This document shows, one piece after another, positions 1 through 9,800 of a stretch of DNA of 64,000 bases. This DNA comes from Candidatus Danuiimicrobium aquiferis (lineage in GTDB: Bacteria > Omnitrophota > Omnitrophia > Omnitrophales > Danuiimicrobiaceae): NCBI GenBank assembly GCA_001804285.1, contig MHFR01000008.1, forward strand, positions 2,740 to 66,739, given 5' to 3'. Position 1 is the first letter of the stretch. Each line of letters opens with the position of its first letter. The position numbers and the translations under genes are program-made. The notes below the pieces were generated by a model. It ran no database searches and was not told the DNA's origin. It saw nothing but the letters and a program-made list of their open reading frames with translations.

Positions 1-1
1 C

Positions 2-1351
2 GAGAGACACAAAATAACTGGTTTTCGCGAGCGTCGTCGTATCATAATAATTGTATAAAAAGCCGCTCGAATGATGCTCCAGACTTTCAACCGTATTTAA
101 TGTCGCCCGTATCCGTCTCACCGCATCCTTCTTCGAAATAAACCGCAGATCATACGCAGACACAACACACATTAAATAAACGCCGACGTCCGTCACATTT
201 ATGTAATCTCCGATCCAAGCCCCAGAATCAATCGGCTCTCTGCGGCCGAGCTGAATCGTATCAAGGGGAAGCTGATGCTCGCGGTCAATCATTTGGTCAA
301 AAAACTTCCACGTATCGCGCGCCACCATTTTTAAAAATGCCCTATCATTTCTGGGCATCTCAATTTTATTCCAATTAACGGTTGAAAGCTCCCCAAAACA
401 GCCGACTCCAAAACGTGCAAAACTTCCGGCAATTTTCTTCTTCGCATGGACACGGGCATTCACTTCCTTCGGATACCCCTGCAGACGTTTCATCAGAAAT
501 CTCGCGAACTCGATCCCCTGAAGTCCGACCGGAGTTTTCATCATTGCCTGCTCAGGATGCTCCATGATCGTCGGTCCCATATTCCCTGTTTTCACAAAAC
601 GGAAATTATCGAAATAGAGCACGCCTTTTTTCCGCGTCACGCGTCGGCCTTCAAAATTAATCACCAACTCATCCAAATCTTTAAGCGCAAGCAACGGATT
701 GTTCCATATTTCCGGGTTTGTTTGATCGTAAAGACCCGTCATTAAATTAAGGGGAAACGAAACTGTCTGCCAATCAGACGTTATTTCTTTGGCGACCCGA
801 GTCCCTTTAATCTTATTGATCCGCTCATTATTTTTATATTTCTTAAGCTCGACTAAAAACACATTTGTAAACTCCTCGCCGGCAGATCCCTTGACCTCAA
901 ATTGCAAATGATCGTAATCGCTCGCATCCAACCCCATCAATTTGGTCCACACCCCGACATTCGTCGACTGATCGTCATCTAGATTATATGAAATTTTCAA
1001 AGAATGGTTCGAGCCTTTGGCGCCGTCATAGTCAACAACCTGAAGATCGATACTGACTTTGGGATTATCCGTTAAAAGATTCCAGCTACCTGTTTCTCCC
1101 ATTAATGAATTGCGGGACAATCCATCTTCATAGTCATCAATTAAAAGAATCTTTTTTGCATTCAAATCAAACACTTTGGGTTCAACCAAAACAGCAGATG
1201 GTCCGGAAGAAGCTGTCGTCGTTTGTTTTGGCGTCAATTGCCCCTTTGTTCCGACACGAAACACCTTAACTTCCCTTTCGCCGCTTACGGCAAACGGAGC
1301 CATAAGCGAAAAAAGGATTAAAATCGAAATAAACCGGTGAATTTTTTTCAT
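2..1351 (-). CDS. Exported glucan-active protein (CBM11/CIA30-like domain + DUF3131/glucoamylase-like domain), runs off the window start
   Basis: Not in ORF track; translated by hand from ATG at 1351: signal peptide MKKIHRFISILILFSLMAPFAVS, CBM-like LIDDYE..LQFEVKG..WQTVSFPL..LYFDNFRF, then ARDTWKFFDQMID..LPLD..YINVTDVGVYL..GFLYNYYDT as in NdvB/Cgs-type domains. Confidence 0.7.
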   Translation of the reverse strand, partial: MKKIHRFISILILFSLMAPFAVSGEREVKVFRVGTKGQLTPKQTTTASSGPSAVLVEPKVFDLNAKKILLIDDYEDGLSRNSLMGETGSWNLLTDNPKVSIDLQVVDYDGAKGSNHSLKISYNLDDDQSTNVGVWTKLMGLDASDYDHLQFEVKGSAGEEFTNVFLVELKKYKNNERINKIKGTRVAKEITSDWQTVSFPLNLMTGLYDQTNPEIWNNPLLALKDLDELVINFEGRRVTRKKGVLYFDNFRFVKTGNMGPTIMEHPEQAMMKTPVGLQGIEFARFLMKRLQGYPKEVNARVHAKKKIAGSFARFGVGCFGELSTVNWNKIEMPRNDRAFLKMVARDTWKFFDQMIDREHQLPLDTIQLGRREPIDSGAWIGDYINVTDVGVYLMCVVSAYDLRFISKKDAVRRIRATLNTVESLEHHSSGFLYNYYDTTTLAKTSYFVSL

Positions 1352-1456
1352 GATATACGGCCTACTTAATAATTATTTAAAGTGGAATAGTTTAGCGGAT
1401 TTTAAAAAAGAATGGAAGTGAAATTGGATTCCCGCACAATCCGATATTGTGAAAGC

Positions 1457-2503
1457 TCACATATACGATGATAATGCAGCACGGGTTTCTGCGCCGACAA
1501 TTCCATCAGCTTCTATTTTTTTTGCGCGTTGAAAACTGCGGACCGCTTTAACGGTTATCTTGCCATAATAACCCGTTGCTCTTGTATGGAAGTAGCCGGC
1601 GCGCCTCAGGGCTGATTGGATGGCAAAAACATCATTTCCTCGATCTCCGTAAGAAATCAATTCGCGGGGTTTATAACCGCTCATCGCCTGAGCCATCGCT
1701 GTCACGTCGGTCCACAAGCGTTTGCTTCCCAACATCGAAACAATCAACCGTTTACCGGCATACCCGGCCGATCCGACAAAACAATACCCGGCCTGCCGGG
1801 TCCACCCGGTTTTCCCGATCACATCATACCGCCGCCAAAGCATTTTATTATGGCTCTTGAGATAATAAACTTTTCCCTCCGCCGTCCGCATCATGGAAGC
1901 TTTCTTTTTGAGAATCGACGCAATCACAACACTGTTCATCGCTGCACGCATAATCAACGCCAAATCATACACGGTGGAATATTGACCTTCTGCCGGAAGA
2001 CCGCTTGCCTTTTTAAAATTTGAATTTTGGGCGCCAAGCGCAATTGCTTTTTGGTTCATCATTTTCGAAAATTCATATTCAGAACCTGCCGCACCAATCG
2101 CAAGCGCAAGAGCCGCGTCATTTGCCGAATTCATCAGAATCGCCTGTAAAAGATCATACACCTGAATTTTTTCGCCCCCGCGAAGGTAAAGTTTGCTGGG
2201 TTCCACCCCTTCAACCCGCGAACTAATCGTCACCCACTGATCAAGCGGAAGCCGGTCTAAAATCACAAGAGCTGTTAGTATTTTCACGGTACTTGCGGGT
2301 GCGCGTTTCACATTGGGCGATTTGCTATACAAAACTGCACCCGTACTTTCGTCCATAATCACAGCAGATGGAGCTGTCAGATATACACTCATCGCCTCTG
2401 CTTGCGGAACCGGACAAAGAGGACACTGAAGTGCGATCAACACCGGAATTAAAACACCGGTCAGCCACTTATTGAACTTAAAACTTGCAGTTTTCTTCAT
2501 CAT
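1457..2503 (-). CDS. D-alanyl-D-alanine carboxypeptidase (peptidase S11) with C-terminal peptidoglycan-binding domain
   Basis: SxxK (ASTVK), SxN (SAN), KTG motifs; C-terminal VRSFQRAKKIEADGIVG. Confidence 0.92.
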   Translation of the reverse strand: MMKKTASFKFNKWLTGVLIPVLIALQCPLCPVPQAEAMSVYLTAPSAVIMDESTGAVLYSKSPNVKRAPASTVKILTALVILDRLPLDQWVTISSRVEGVEPSKLYLRGGEKIQVYDLLQAILMNSANDAALALAIGAAGSEYEFSKMMNQKAIALGAQNSNFKKASGLPAEGQYSTVYDLALIMRAAMNSVVIASILKKKASMMRTAEGKVYYLKSHNKMLWRRYDVIGKTGWTRQAGYCFVGSAGYAGKRLIVSMLGSKRLWTDVTAMAQAMSGYKPRELISYGDRGNDVFAIQSALRRAGYFHTRATGYYGKITVKAVRSFQRAKKIEADGIVGAETRAALSSYM

Positions 2504-2762
2504 TTTTAATCAATTATATAAATTCGGGGGACTCACTCAACGTTGAAATCAATCATTTCACTTTCATAATTTACGGCAGAAAAAGCGCGTTCTTTACCTA
2601 AAAACCCTTCAAACAATCCGGAAAAACGATCACACAACGAAACCTGTGTTCTTTCATTGCTCACTTCATGTCATCCCCGCCCTTAACAACCCATGAATCT
2701 TTCATAGGAAGTTAACGACGGTACTGACCGCCTATTTAAATAGTAATTATGTTTTCAATGTG

Positions 2763-2839
2763 TGTCAGTGCCGCGAAAGCGGGGATCCAGCAGAATCTAA
2801 AAACAACTCGGATGGATTCCCGCTTTCGCGGGAATGACA
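2763..2839. repeat. Inverted pair of dRS3-like palindromic repeats (ATTCCC-N8-GGGAAT type)
   Basis: gcgaaagcggggatccag ... ggattcccgctttcgcgggaatgaca; same family at 44720-44775, 50508-50535 and 50580-50607. Confidence 0.8.
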
Positions 2840-2882
2840 AATGGATACAATTTAAATTGTACGATCGCAAAAAACCCGCAGG

Positions 2883-4484
2883 TTACTTCTCTGCATACAC
2901 ACGCCAATCAACGTCAGAAAATAGATTATTCTTGTTTTCAATTTTGAGCAGCCATTCCAAATCGAGCGAATTATTTTGTATCCCTTCATATATTCGCGTA
3001 AAGTTTTGAATATGTTCGATCACGCGTTTTTTTGCATAATCAACCGTCGTCCCCATCTTCATAATAAAGGCCCAGTCACTCGACTCTGCAAGCAAAAGTT
3101 CTCGTGCCGCCTGTCTTAAAATCCGGTCAATCATCCCGCTGGCGTGACTGAAACGCTCGGCAAGTTCGGTCATCCGCGCACTTGCTTGATGGACATGCCG
3201 GTAAACCCAGTCATTTGAACCATCAAGCCAAACCTCGCTATATCCCATATACCCCCAACTTGAAAAAGAGGGGGTCACCAATTGATTCGTCCGATGGGCT
3301 TTCAAATATTCTTTGGCGGTCGTTAATTGCAGCACATCCGATTCTTCGGCTACGGTTCGAATCACATACTCAAGAAATTTGGGGCCCTCATACCACCAAT
3401 GCCCAAACAGCTCGGCGTCATAGGGAGAAACAATCACGGGGACACGGCCGCCCAAACAATCATACAGACGTTCAGCATGCCGCTCGCGGTATTTGACAAA
3501 ATGATGCGCATGATTTTTCGCTTTCGTCATCGCTTGTTTTGGGGCATAAATTTCTTTATGATCCCCTTTGCCGGTGATCCGATAATATTTAATTCCCAGA
3601 TTCGCTCGGATTCCTTCTCCATGCAAATAAGGCTTCACAATATCCAGAGGCAAGTCAAATCCTACATCCCGATAGAATTCGCGGTAATCGTAATCACCCG
3701 GATATCCTTCCTCTGCCGACCACACTTGTTTAGAGGAATCCAGATCCCGCCCGAAAGCCGCCACACCCGACGGACAATACACCGGTGCGTAAACGCCATA
3801 TTTCGGCCGCGGAGTTCCATGTAAAATCCCGTGTGCATCGAGAAAAAAATATTTGATACCGTTTTCATTAAGCAACCGGTCAATCCCTGGTTGGAAACCG
3901 CATTCGGGAAGCCATATTCCGCTGGGCGGGCGGCCAAACAACCGTTCGTATTGATCGCATGCAATCGCAATTTGTGCGCGAGCTGATGCCGGCACCGTTT
4001 CCATATTCGGCAAAAAGCCATGAGTCGCCCCGCACGTAATAATATCAAGTCTTCCCTGATCCTGGAATTTCCGGAATGCTTGTATTAAGTTGCAGCGGTA
4101 TTGGTTTTTATATAAATTGAGAGATTGTTTGTAACTTTCGTGATACATTTCGGCCAACGCACGAAAATCAGGCTGGCCTTTAGTCCTCACAACTTCTTTT
4201 CCGGAAAGTTCGATGAGCCCGTTCAGCCGTTTGATATACCGTTCTTGAAGCAACGGATCTACGAGCATAGCAGCCAGCGGCGGACTGATCGTCATGGTAA
4301 GGCTGTAATTCAAGCGGTCATGTTCAAATCGCTCCATCATCCGGATGAGCGGAATATAAGTTTCCGTAATGGCTTCGAAAAGCCAATCTTCTTCCATGAA
4401 ATTCTGATATTCCGGATGCCGGACGAACGGAAGATGCGCATGTAAAAGCAGTAATAGATATCCTTTTTTCATCGGGCCTTTCAT
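2883..4484 (-). CDS. GH57 1,4-alpha-glucan branching enzyme (DUF1957)
   Basis: HAHLPFVRHP, EEDWLFEAITETYIPL, GIWLPECG, PYDAELFGHWWYEG, LLAESSDWAF. Confidence 0.93.
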   Translation of the reverse strand: MKGPMKKGYLLLLLHAHLPFVRHPEYQNFMEEDWLFEAITETYIPLIRMMERFEHDRLNYSLTMTISPPLAAMLVDPLLQERYIKRLNGLIELSGKEVVRTKGQPDFRALAEMYHESYKQSLNLYKNQYRCNLIQAFRKFQDQGRLDIITCGATHGFLPNMETVPASARAQIAIACDQYERLFGRPPSGIWLPECGFQPGIDRLLNENGIKYFFLDAHGILHGTPRPKYGVYAPVYCPSGVAAFGRDLDSSKQVWSAEEGYPGDYDYREFYRDVGFDLPLDIVKPYLHGEGIRANLGIKYYRITGKGDHKEIYAPKQAMTKAKNHAHHFVKYRERHAERLYDCLGGRVPVIVSPYDAELFGHWWYEGPKFLEYVIRTVAEESDVLQLTTAKEYLKAHRTNQLVTPSFSSWGYMGYSEVWLDGSNDWVYRHVHQASARMTELAERFSHASGMIDRILRQAARELLLAESSDWAFIMKMGTTVDYAKKRVIEHIQNFTRIYEGIQNNSLDLEWLLKIENKNNLFSDVDWRVYAEK

Positions 4485-4524
4485 AGATATTTCATTAACG
4501 GCAAATTTTTCAAGAGATGAAGAC

Positions 4525-5331
4525 TTAAGAAGGAGATTTTGGAGTTCGTTTGAGAAACTCCGGCGATGAAATATTTTGTTCCCACATACTCCTCAGTTTT
4601 TTGGAGCGAATCACATCCAGGCTGGACTCTCCGCGGTTATATCCTCCGGACAATCTATAAATTTCCTCATAATTATCTGTCATCCATGATTCATCTATAA
4701 CGGTGGACGGCCGGTCACGCGGCGTATGAATCCGGTTGCTTCTGGCAATCACATATAAATTACTCTCAGGATCTATCAGGCCCAAATCCGCAATCCACTC
4801 CCTGTCCGGATGATTAAGCTGCAGATACCAATTCTTTGCGTCCAATAAAATTTCGAAATCATAATAATGATTCGCATTATTTCCCTTCCAATCGATTCCG
4901 GTAATGTCATAAACTCTCAAAACCGTACGCAACACACCCGGCCGCGCACGCAAAAGCATCATCATTTGATCCCACGTCTCTCCCGAAAAATCCCAATAGG
5001 AATAGGCCCAAACCGGATCGCGCACAATCAAAACAAGTTTTGTTTGGTTGTAACTAAACGCAAGGTTTTCTAAACTTGCACTTTGCGGTACGGAAGATTT
5101 CTGGGCTGACAACCCTTCTTTTTTAATCATTCCGGACGACGTCGGTGACGAGGCTTCGGATGCGCCGGTTTGTGATTGATCCAGAAAAATGGTTTTTCCC
5201 GCCGTTTGCGGCTTTTTTTTCAGTTCAATGTCAGGCACAGAAGACGTTTGAGATGCTTTGGACACAGTTTTCTTAATTTTTTCTTTTTCCTTCCGGGAAG
5301 CCGCTTTTCGTTTCCCCTGCTCACTTGTCAC
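4525..5331 (-). CDS. DUF4912 domain protein
   Basis: LVLIVRDPVWAYSYWD, LRVYDITGI, IARSNRIHTPRDRPS; usual GH57 neighbour; start moved to GTG at 5331 behind GAGGAG. Confidence 0.85.
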   Translation of the reverse strand: MTSEQGKRKAASRKEKEKIKKTVSKASQTSSVPDIELKKKPQTAGKTIFLDQSQTGASEASSPTSSGMIKKEGLSAQKSSVPQSASLENLAFSYNQTKLVLIVRDPVWAYSYWDFSGETWDQMMMLLRARPGVLRTVLRVYDITGIDWKGNNANHYYDFEILLDAKNWYLQLNHPDREWIADLGLIDPESNLYVIARSNRIHTPRDRPSTVIDESWMTDNYEEIYRLSGGYNRGESSLDVIRSKKLRSMWEQNISSPEFLKRTPKSPS

Positions 5332-5357
5332 AGCATTTCTCCTCAATCACCGTTGTT

Positions 5358-6650
5358 TTATTTTCTTATGTCAATGGGAACGTAATCGGTTCGTTCCGGT
5401 CCCACATAAATTTGCCGGGGACGGCCGATTTTAGCCGGTTTCGACTCGCGCATTTCTTTCCAATGCGTAATCCATCCGGGCAGCCGCCCGATCGCAAACA
5501 TCACCGGAAACATATTGGTAGGAATCCCAATCGCTTTCAGCACAATCCCGCTATAGAAATCCACATTGGGATATAGATTACGCTTAATAAAATATTCTTC
5601 TCTCAGCGCCCGCTCTTCCAGTTTCATCGCAATTTCAAGAAGCGGATCCGTTCCTTTATGCTTCCGCAAAATCTTATGGCAGTACTCTTTAATAATTTTA
5701 GCTCTTGGATCATAGGTTTTGTAAATCCTGTGTCCAAAACCGGATAGCCGTTTCGACGAATTCGGAATCATTGCCTCGCTCAAATATGAATCAATGTTGC
5801 CGCCCGCTTGATGAATTTCTTCTAACATTTCCATCACATCCTGATTCGCTCCGCCGTGGATCGGTCCTGACAGCGCGGAAATTCCGGCGGCAATCGAAGC
5901 ATAAATATTGGCACGTGCACTGCCGACGAGGCGCACCGTTGACGTGCTGCAATTTTGCTCGTGGTCGGCATGGAGAATAAACAAAATATTGAGCGCCCGC
6001 TCCGCGTCCACATCGATGTTAAAATCCTCATACGGAAGCGAAAACATCATGTGAAGAAAATTCGCGCAATACTTCAAATCACGGCGCGGATAAATGAACG
6101 GCTGGCCGATCGAACGTTTGTAGGAATATGCGGCAATCGTCCGCACTTTCGCCATCAATTTAATCGCTGTTTGCTTATACACTTCATCGTCTTCAGCGGG
6201 ATCTTTCGGTGTCGGATGAAAACCGGACAGAGCACAGACAACCGACGACAGAATCACCATCGGATGAGTTGTACTTGGAAATCCGTAAAAGAAATGTCTT
6301 ACATCATCATGGAGCGCGGCATTTTCCGTCAATCCGGCCGAAAACCAATTAAGTTCAGCCTCGGTCGGCAGTTGTCCAAACAAAAGCAAATATGCCGTCT
6401 CTATAAACCGCGAATTTTCCGCCAATTGTTCCACCGGAATTCCGCGGTAACGCAGAATCCCTTTTTCTCCGTCGATATAACAAATCGCGCTTTGGCAGGA
6501 TCCTGTATTGCCAAAAGCAGGATCGTATGTAATATACGATGTCTTTGATCTTAACTCGCTCACATCAATTCCGCTGTCGCCTTCCGTCCCGTGAACGACC
6601 GGCAATTCATAGGCCTTCCCGTCAATTTTTAATTCAGCTTTGTCTGCCAC
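5358..6650 (-). CDS. gltA: Citrate synthase
   Basis: YIDGEKGILRYRG, HADHEQNCST, GPIHGGAN, GFGHRIYKTYDPRA, PNVDFYSG; likely start GTG at 6650 (longer ORF reads through a REP). Confidence 0.95.
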   Translation of the reverse strand: MADKAELKIDGKAYELPVVHGTEGDSGIDVSELRSKTSYITYDPAFGNTGSCQSAICYIDGEKGILRYRGIPVEQLAENSRFIETAYLLLFGQLPTEAELNWFSAGLTENAALHDDVRHFFYGFPSTTHPMVILSSVVCALSGFHPTPKDPAEDDEVYKQTAIKLMAKVRTIAAYSYKRSIGQPFIYPRRDLKYCANFLHMMFSLPYEDFNIDVDAERALNILFILHADHEQNCSTSTVRLVGSARANIYASIAAGISALSGPIHGGANQDVMEMLEEIHQAGGNIDSYLSEAMIPNSSKRLSGFGHRIYKTYDPRAKIIKEYCHKILRKHKGTDPLLEIAMKLEERALREEYFIKRNLYPNVDFYSGIVLKAIGIPTNMFPVMFAIGRLPGWITHWKEMRESKPAKIGRPRQIYVGPERTDYVPIDIRK

Positions 6651-6680
6651 AATTATTACCTCTTCGTTAAAAGAATAACA

Positions 6681-6727
6681 CCCCTCACCCCTGCCCTCTC
6701 CCTCAGGGAGAGGGTTAGGGTGAGGGG
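6681..6727. repeat. CCCCTCACCC..GGGAGAGG..GGGTGAGGGG palindromic REP
   Basis: Near-perfect hairpin; partial copy at 50395-50425. Confidence 0.8.
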
Positions 6728-6793
6728 CAAATTTATCTCGATACCATTTAAGGGCGATAATATACAGGAAAACAATTAATTGCGCCAATGTTT

Positions 6794-6848
6794 TTAGCGG
6801 TTAGCGGACAAAATGTCGCTCACTAAACGCTCTACGCTATACGCTAAC
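6794..6848 (-). terminator. Heptamer-repeat hairpin just after the giant ORF stop, possible terminator
   Basis: ttagcgg ttagcgg ... aacgctc tacgcta tacgcta in inverted arrangement. Confidence 0.4.
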
Positions 6849-6850
6849 TT

Positions 6851-9800
6851 TTAAGCCGCAACTTCAACGGCTTTCTTGACTACCTGGAACATCTCAAGGA
6901 TCGTCAGGATATCGCCTAAACGTTCTGGATTCAGCGATAAACTGAGGCGGGAACCCGTTCCGTCTACAAGGCGTATTAATAGATAATCATCCGTAAGCTT
7001 CCTGATAGTTTCGGCATCGGGCTTCCCGGCCGCGACAAGGCCGAAGGCAATCTGCGCTCGCAGATATTCAGCAGGGACAATTTGTAGAGAATTGTCGATC
7101 AAAAATCTGTGCGCCGCCGTTGCAAGATATCCATTAAATACACTCGCCATTCCCGCAACCTGCGCGGTATTGCTTCGCCCCTCAATCGAATTGAAATCAC
7201 CTTTCTGTCCGCTCTTCAGATACAGGCTTTGCGCCTTCTGAAGCAGCCGGTTTACCCAGCGCTGGTCTTTCCTGTAAGAACCACTGCGGACAACTTGATC
7301 AACAAAAGCTGCGTAATCATTCACTTCTCCAAAAAGAAAAACACGGCTGTTAAATTGCTGATTTATTTTTTCGCGGATGTTTTCAGGAATTTTAAAAGGC
7401 GCGGCGAAAACCATAACTTTATACGGATGATTCTCCACCATCGATTGAACGCCCTCAAGCACCGCCGACAGATCATCAACGTTCATCTCCGCCAGAACCG
7501 GATAATAATTCACGCCAAATTCTCCGTGCCGCACAAGAGCAATCCGCTCGAACATTTTAATTTGTTGCTCGGTATATTTTTTTCCAAGCACTTCAAATTC
7601 CTTTTGCGTCAAACCTTGTCCCACCGATTCTTCCGCAAATGCTTCCGGAATGACCTGTCGGTAAATTTCATTCGCCATTTTTCCTAAATGAAGTCCGGCG
7701 ATCCGCCTCACCGCCCGCGCCACGTCGACCTGCGAACGAATGGATTCCGTTTCGAGTTCCGGGTTTCGGGCGGCCTTGCGAACATCATTGCGAGATATCG
7801 GCCCAACCACGGCCAGAGCGAAAGGTTTGCGCGCTACGCCGCGCGATTCAGAACGGGACATTCCTGGCAATACTACTTGAATCAAGCGAAGATGTCGTAA
7901 CCTGTCTACCGATATCATATTCCGTGATATCGATGGATCTAACTGAGAAATATCCTCATCCACCATCACAAGCCACGCCCGAGAAAGTTCTGAAACAGGA
8001 ACAGCTTTTTTCGTCTTCGCACCTTCAAATTCGTACCGCTCAGCAACAGCCTTTGTCATTTCAAACAAGACTCCTAGACGGCCCGGCACTAAATCGGTAG
8101 CGTTTTCAATTGAATGAAACAGGTATTGAAAATTAGCCCATAACGTATTCTCCGAAGGATCATTTGTTTTAACAGCACCTGTTTCGAGAGCATCCTTTAA
8201 ACCATCTTCCGCTTTAACGCCCCGATAAAAGAAACCTCCCTCTATATAGTCATCTGTCCGTGTCCGGGGATCCGGGAAATAATCAAAGAAATTAAATGGC
8301 ACTGCCCCTCGGATTGCCGCTTCAGCATCCTCCAGAGACTTAACTTCCGGCTTATCAGAAAACAAATCAGGCATCCTCTGCGTCTTCGGCGTCTGCCGCA
8401 GCTCGGCCCGTCCGCCTTCGGCGGGAGTTGCAAGTTTCGAGTTTAAAGTTTGAAGTTTACTTCTTCCATCCAACTTCGAACTTCGGGCACTTTGCCGCCC
8501 TTTAGGGGTAACTTTAAACTTTAAACTTGATTCATTGCGCGCTTCGGCCCTTGGTGGAGACGAAGTCGACGACGTCATGGAACGCGCAGGTTTTGTTGCG
8601 AAAAATATTAATTGTTTTCCTCCTCTTGAATCTGTTGCTTCCATTATCTTGATATGTCGAAAGCCATTACGAAAGAAAAGCCCTTTTAATTTTTGTGGTG
8701 TATACATTTCATAAAATCGAAAACCAAGCCCCTCAGATTGTCCGCTTGGATTTTTTGTGTCTAACAGATGAATGCCTTCTCCCGATTTTACAAGTCCGAC
8801 ATAAATCCCTCTTACCTTAAGCGCTTCGAAAGCATTACGCACCACTAAATCTGCTCCATGTTGAGAATCAATAATAGGAATGTGATGAAGACTGGCCCAA
8901 TCACGGACAACATCAAATGAAGATTCCTTTTCTTCACTTAACGGATCTTCCATATCCATAGTTTGGAGCTTGATTTGAGGCGAAATAACGTGTTTACGCA
9001 AATACGCAATTGATTCTGCAGCATTATCAATAGCGGTAACAACGACATCGCCTCGTTTGCTAAACCAGCTCAAGTCCCGGAGTGATGGACCTCTTTCCAA
9101 AATTTGATATGGCGGCTTAAAAGCTGGTAGAACTTTTTTAGAATGAGATCTTCGCGCAAGCCGAATAAAAAGTTGCTTCAACGCTGTTAAGTCATAAGAT
9201 TCAAAACTCGTTCGGAGCTCCGTGAAAAAATGCGGATTTTTATTATACGTATTACGGGTCACTTCTTTTATTTGCTGCCAAAGTGATACTGCGCGTTTAA
9301 AGCGATCCATCTGCTGTAACGAGGAACTGCTGTTAAGAGTGTCCATCTCTAATACAAATTGTTTGTATAGGTCTTCAACGTTGCGCAGATCGGAGAGATG
9401 CCTCAATGCATCTCCCGAAGCAGTGCTTGAATCAGCCGAATTCAAGCGCATCTCGGAGCGCACCTGAGAACGGGTAATGGCTGCGGTAACCGTTTTTTCA
9501 ATTTCTGGATCGTGCTTTAACGCTGACAAATACGGCATAGTTATCTTGGCTTCCGAGGCAATTCTCATTTGAGTAAGATTGCGCTCGTTCTCCAATCTTT
9601 CAATGGCTTTCTTGAGGCGTTCGACGGCTGGCTTTGCCCTTTTGTTCTTTTTGATTCCATATTTTTTGAGATCACGAGGGTACGCGCTAAAATGATCCGA
9701 AAGACCCACTTGACTGACGCCAATAACTTCCGCCGCTTCCGTAATATTCAAACCTTGAAGCGCGCCCTTGCCATGTTCTTCGAGACGTTGCGGAATAAAA

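Noticed and set aside
6651-6788. N-terminal extension of citrate synthase (PHPNPLPEGEG)
   Set aside because: Translation of a REP; GTG at 6650 has an RBS-like GAGGT
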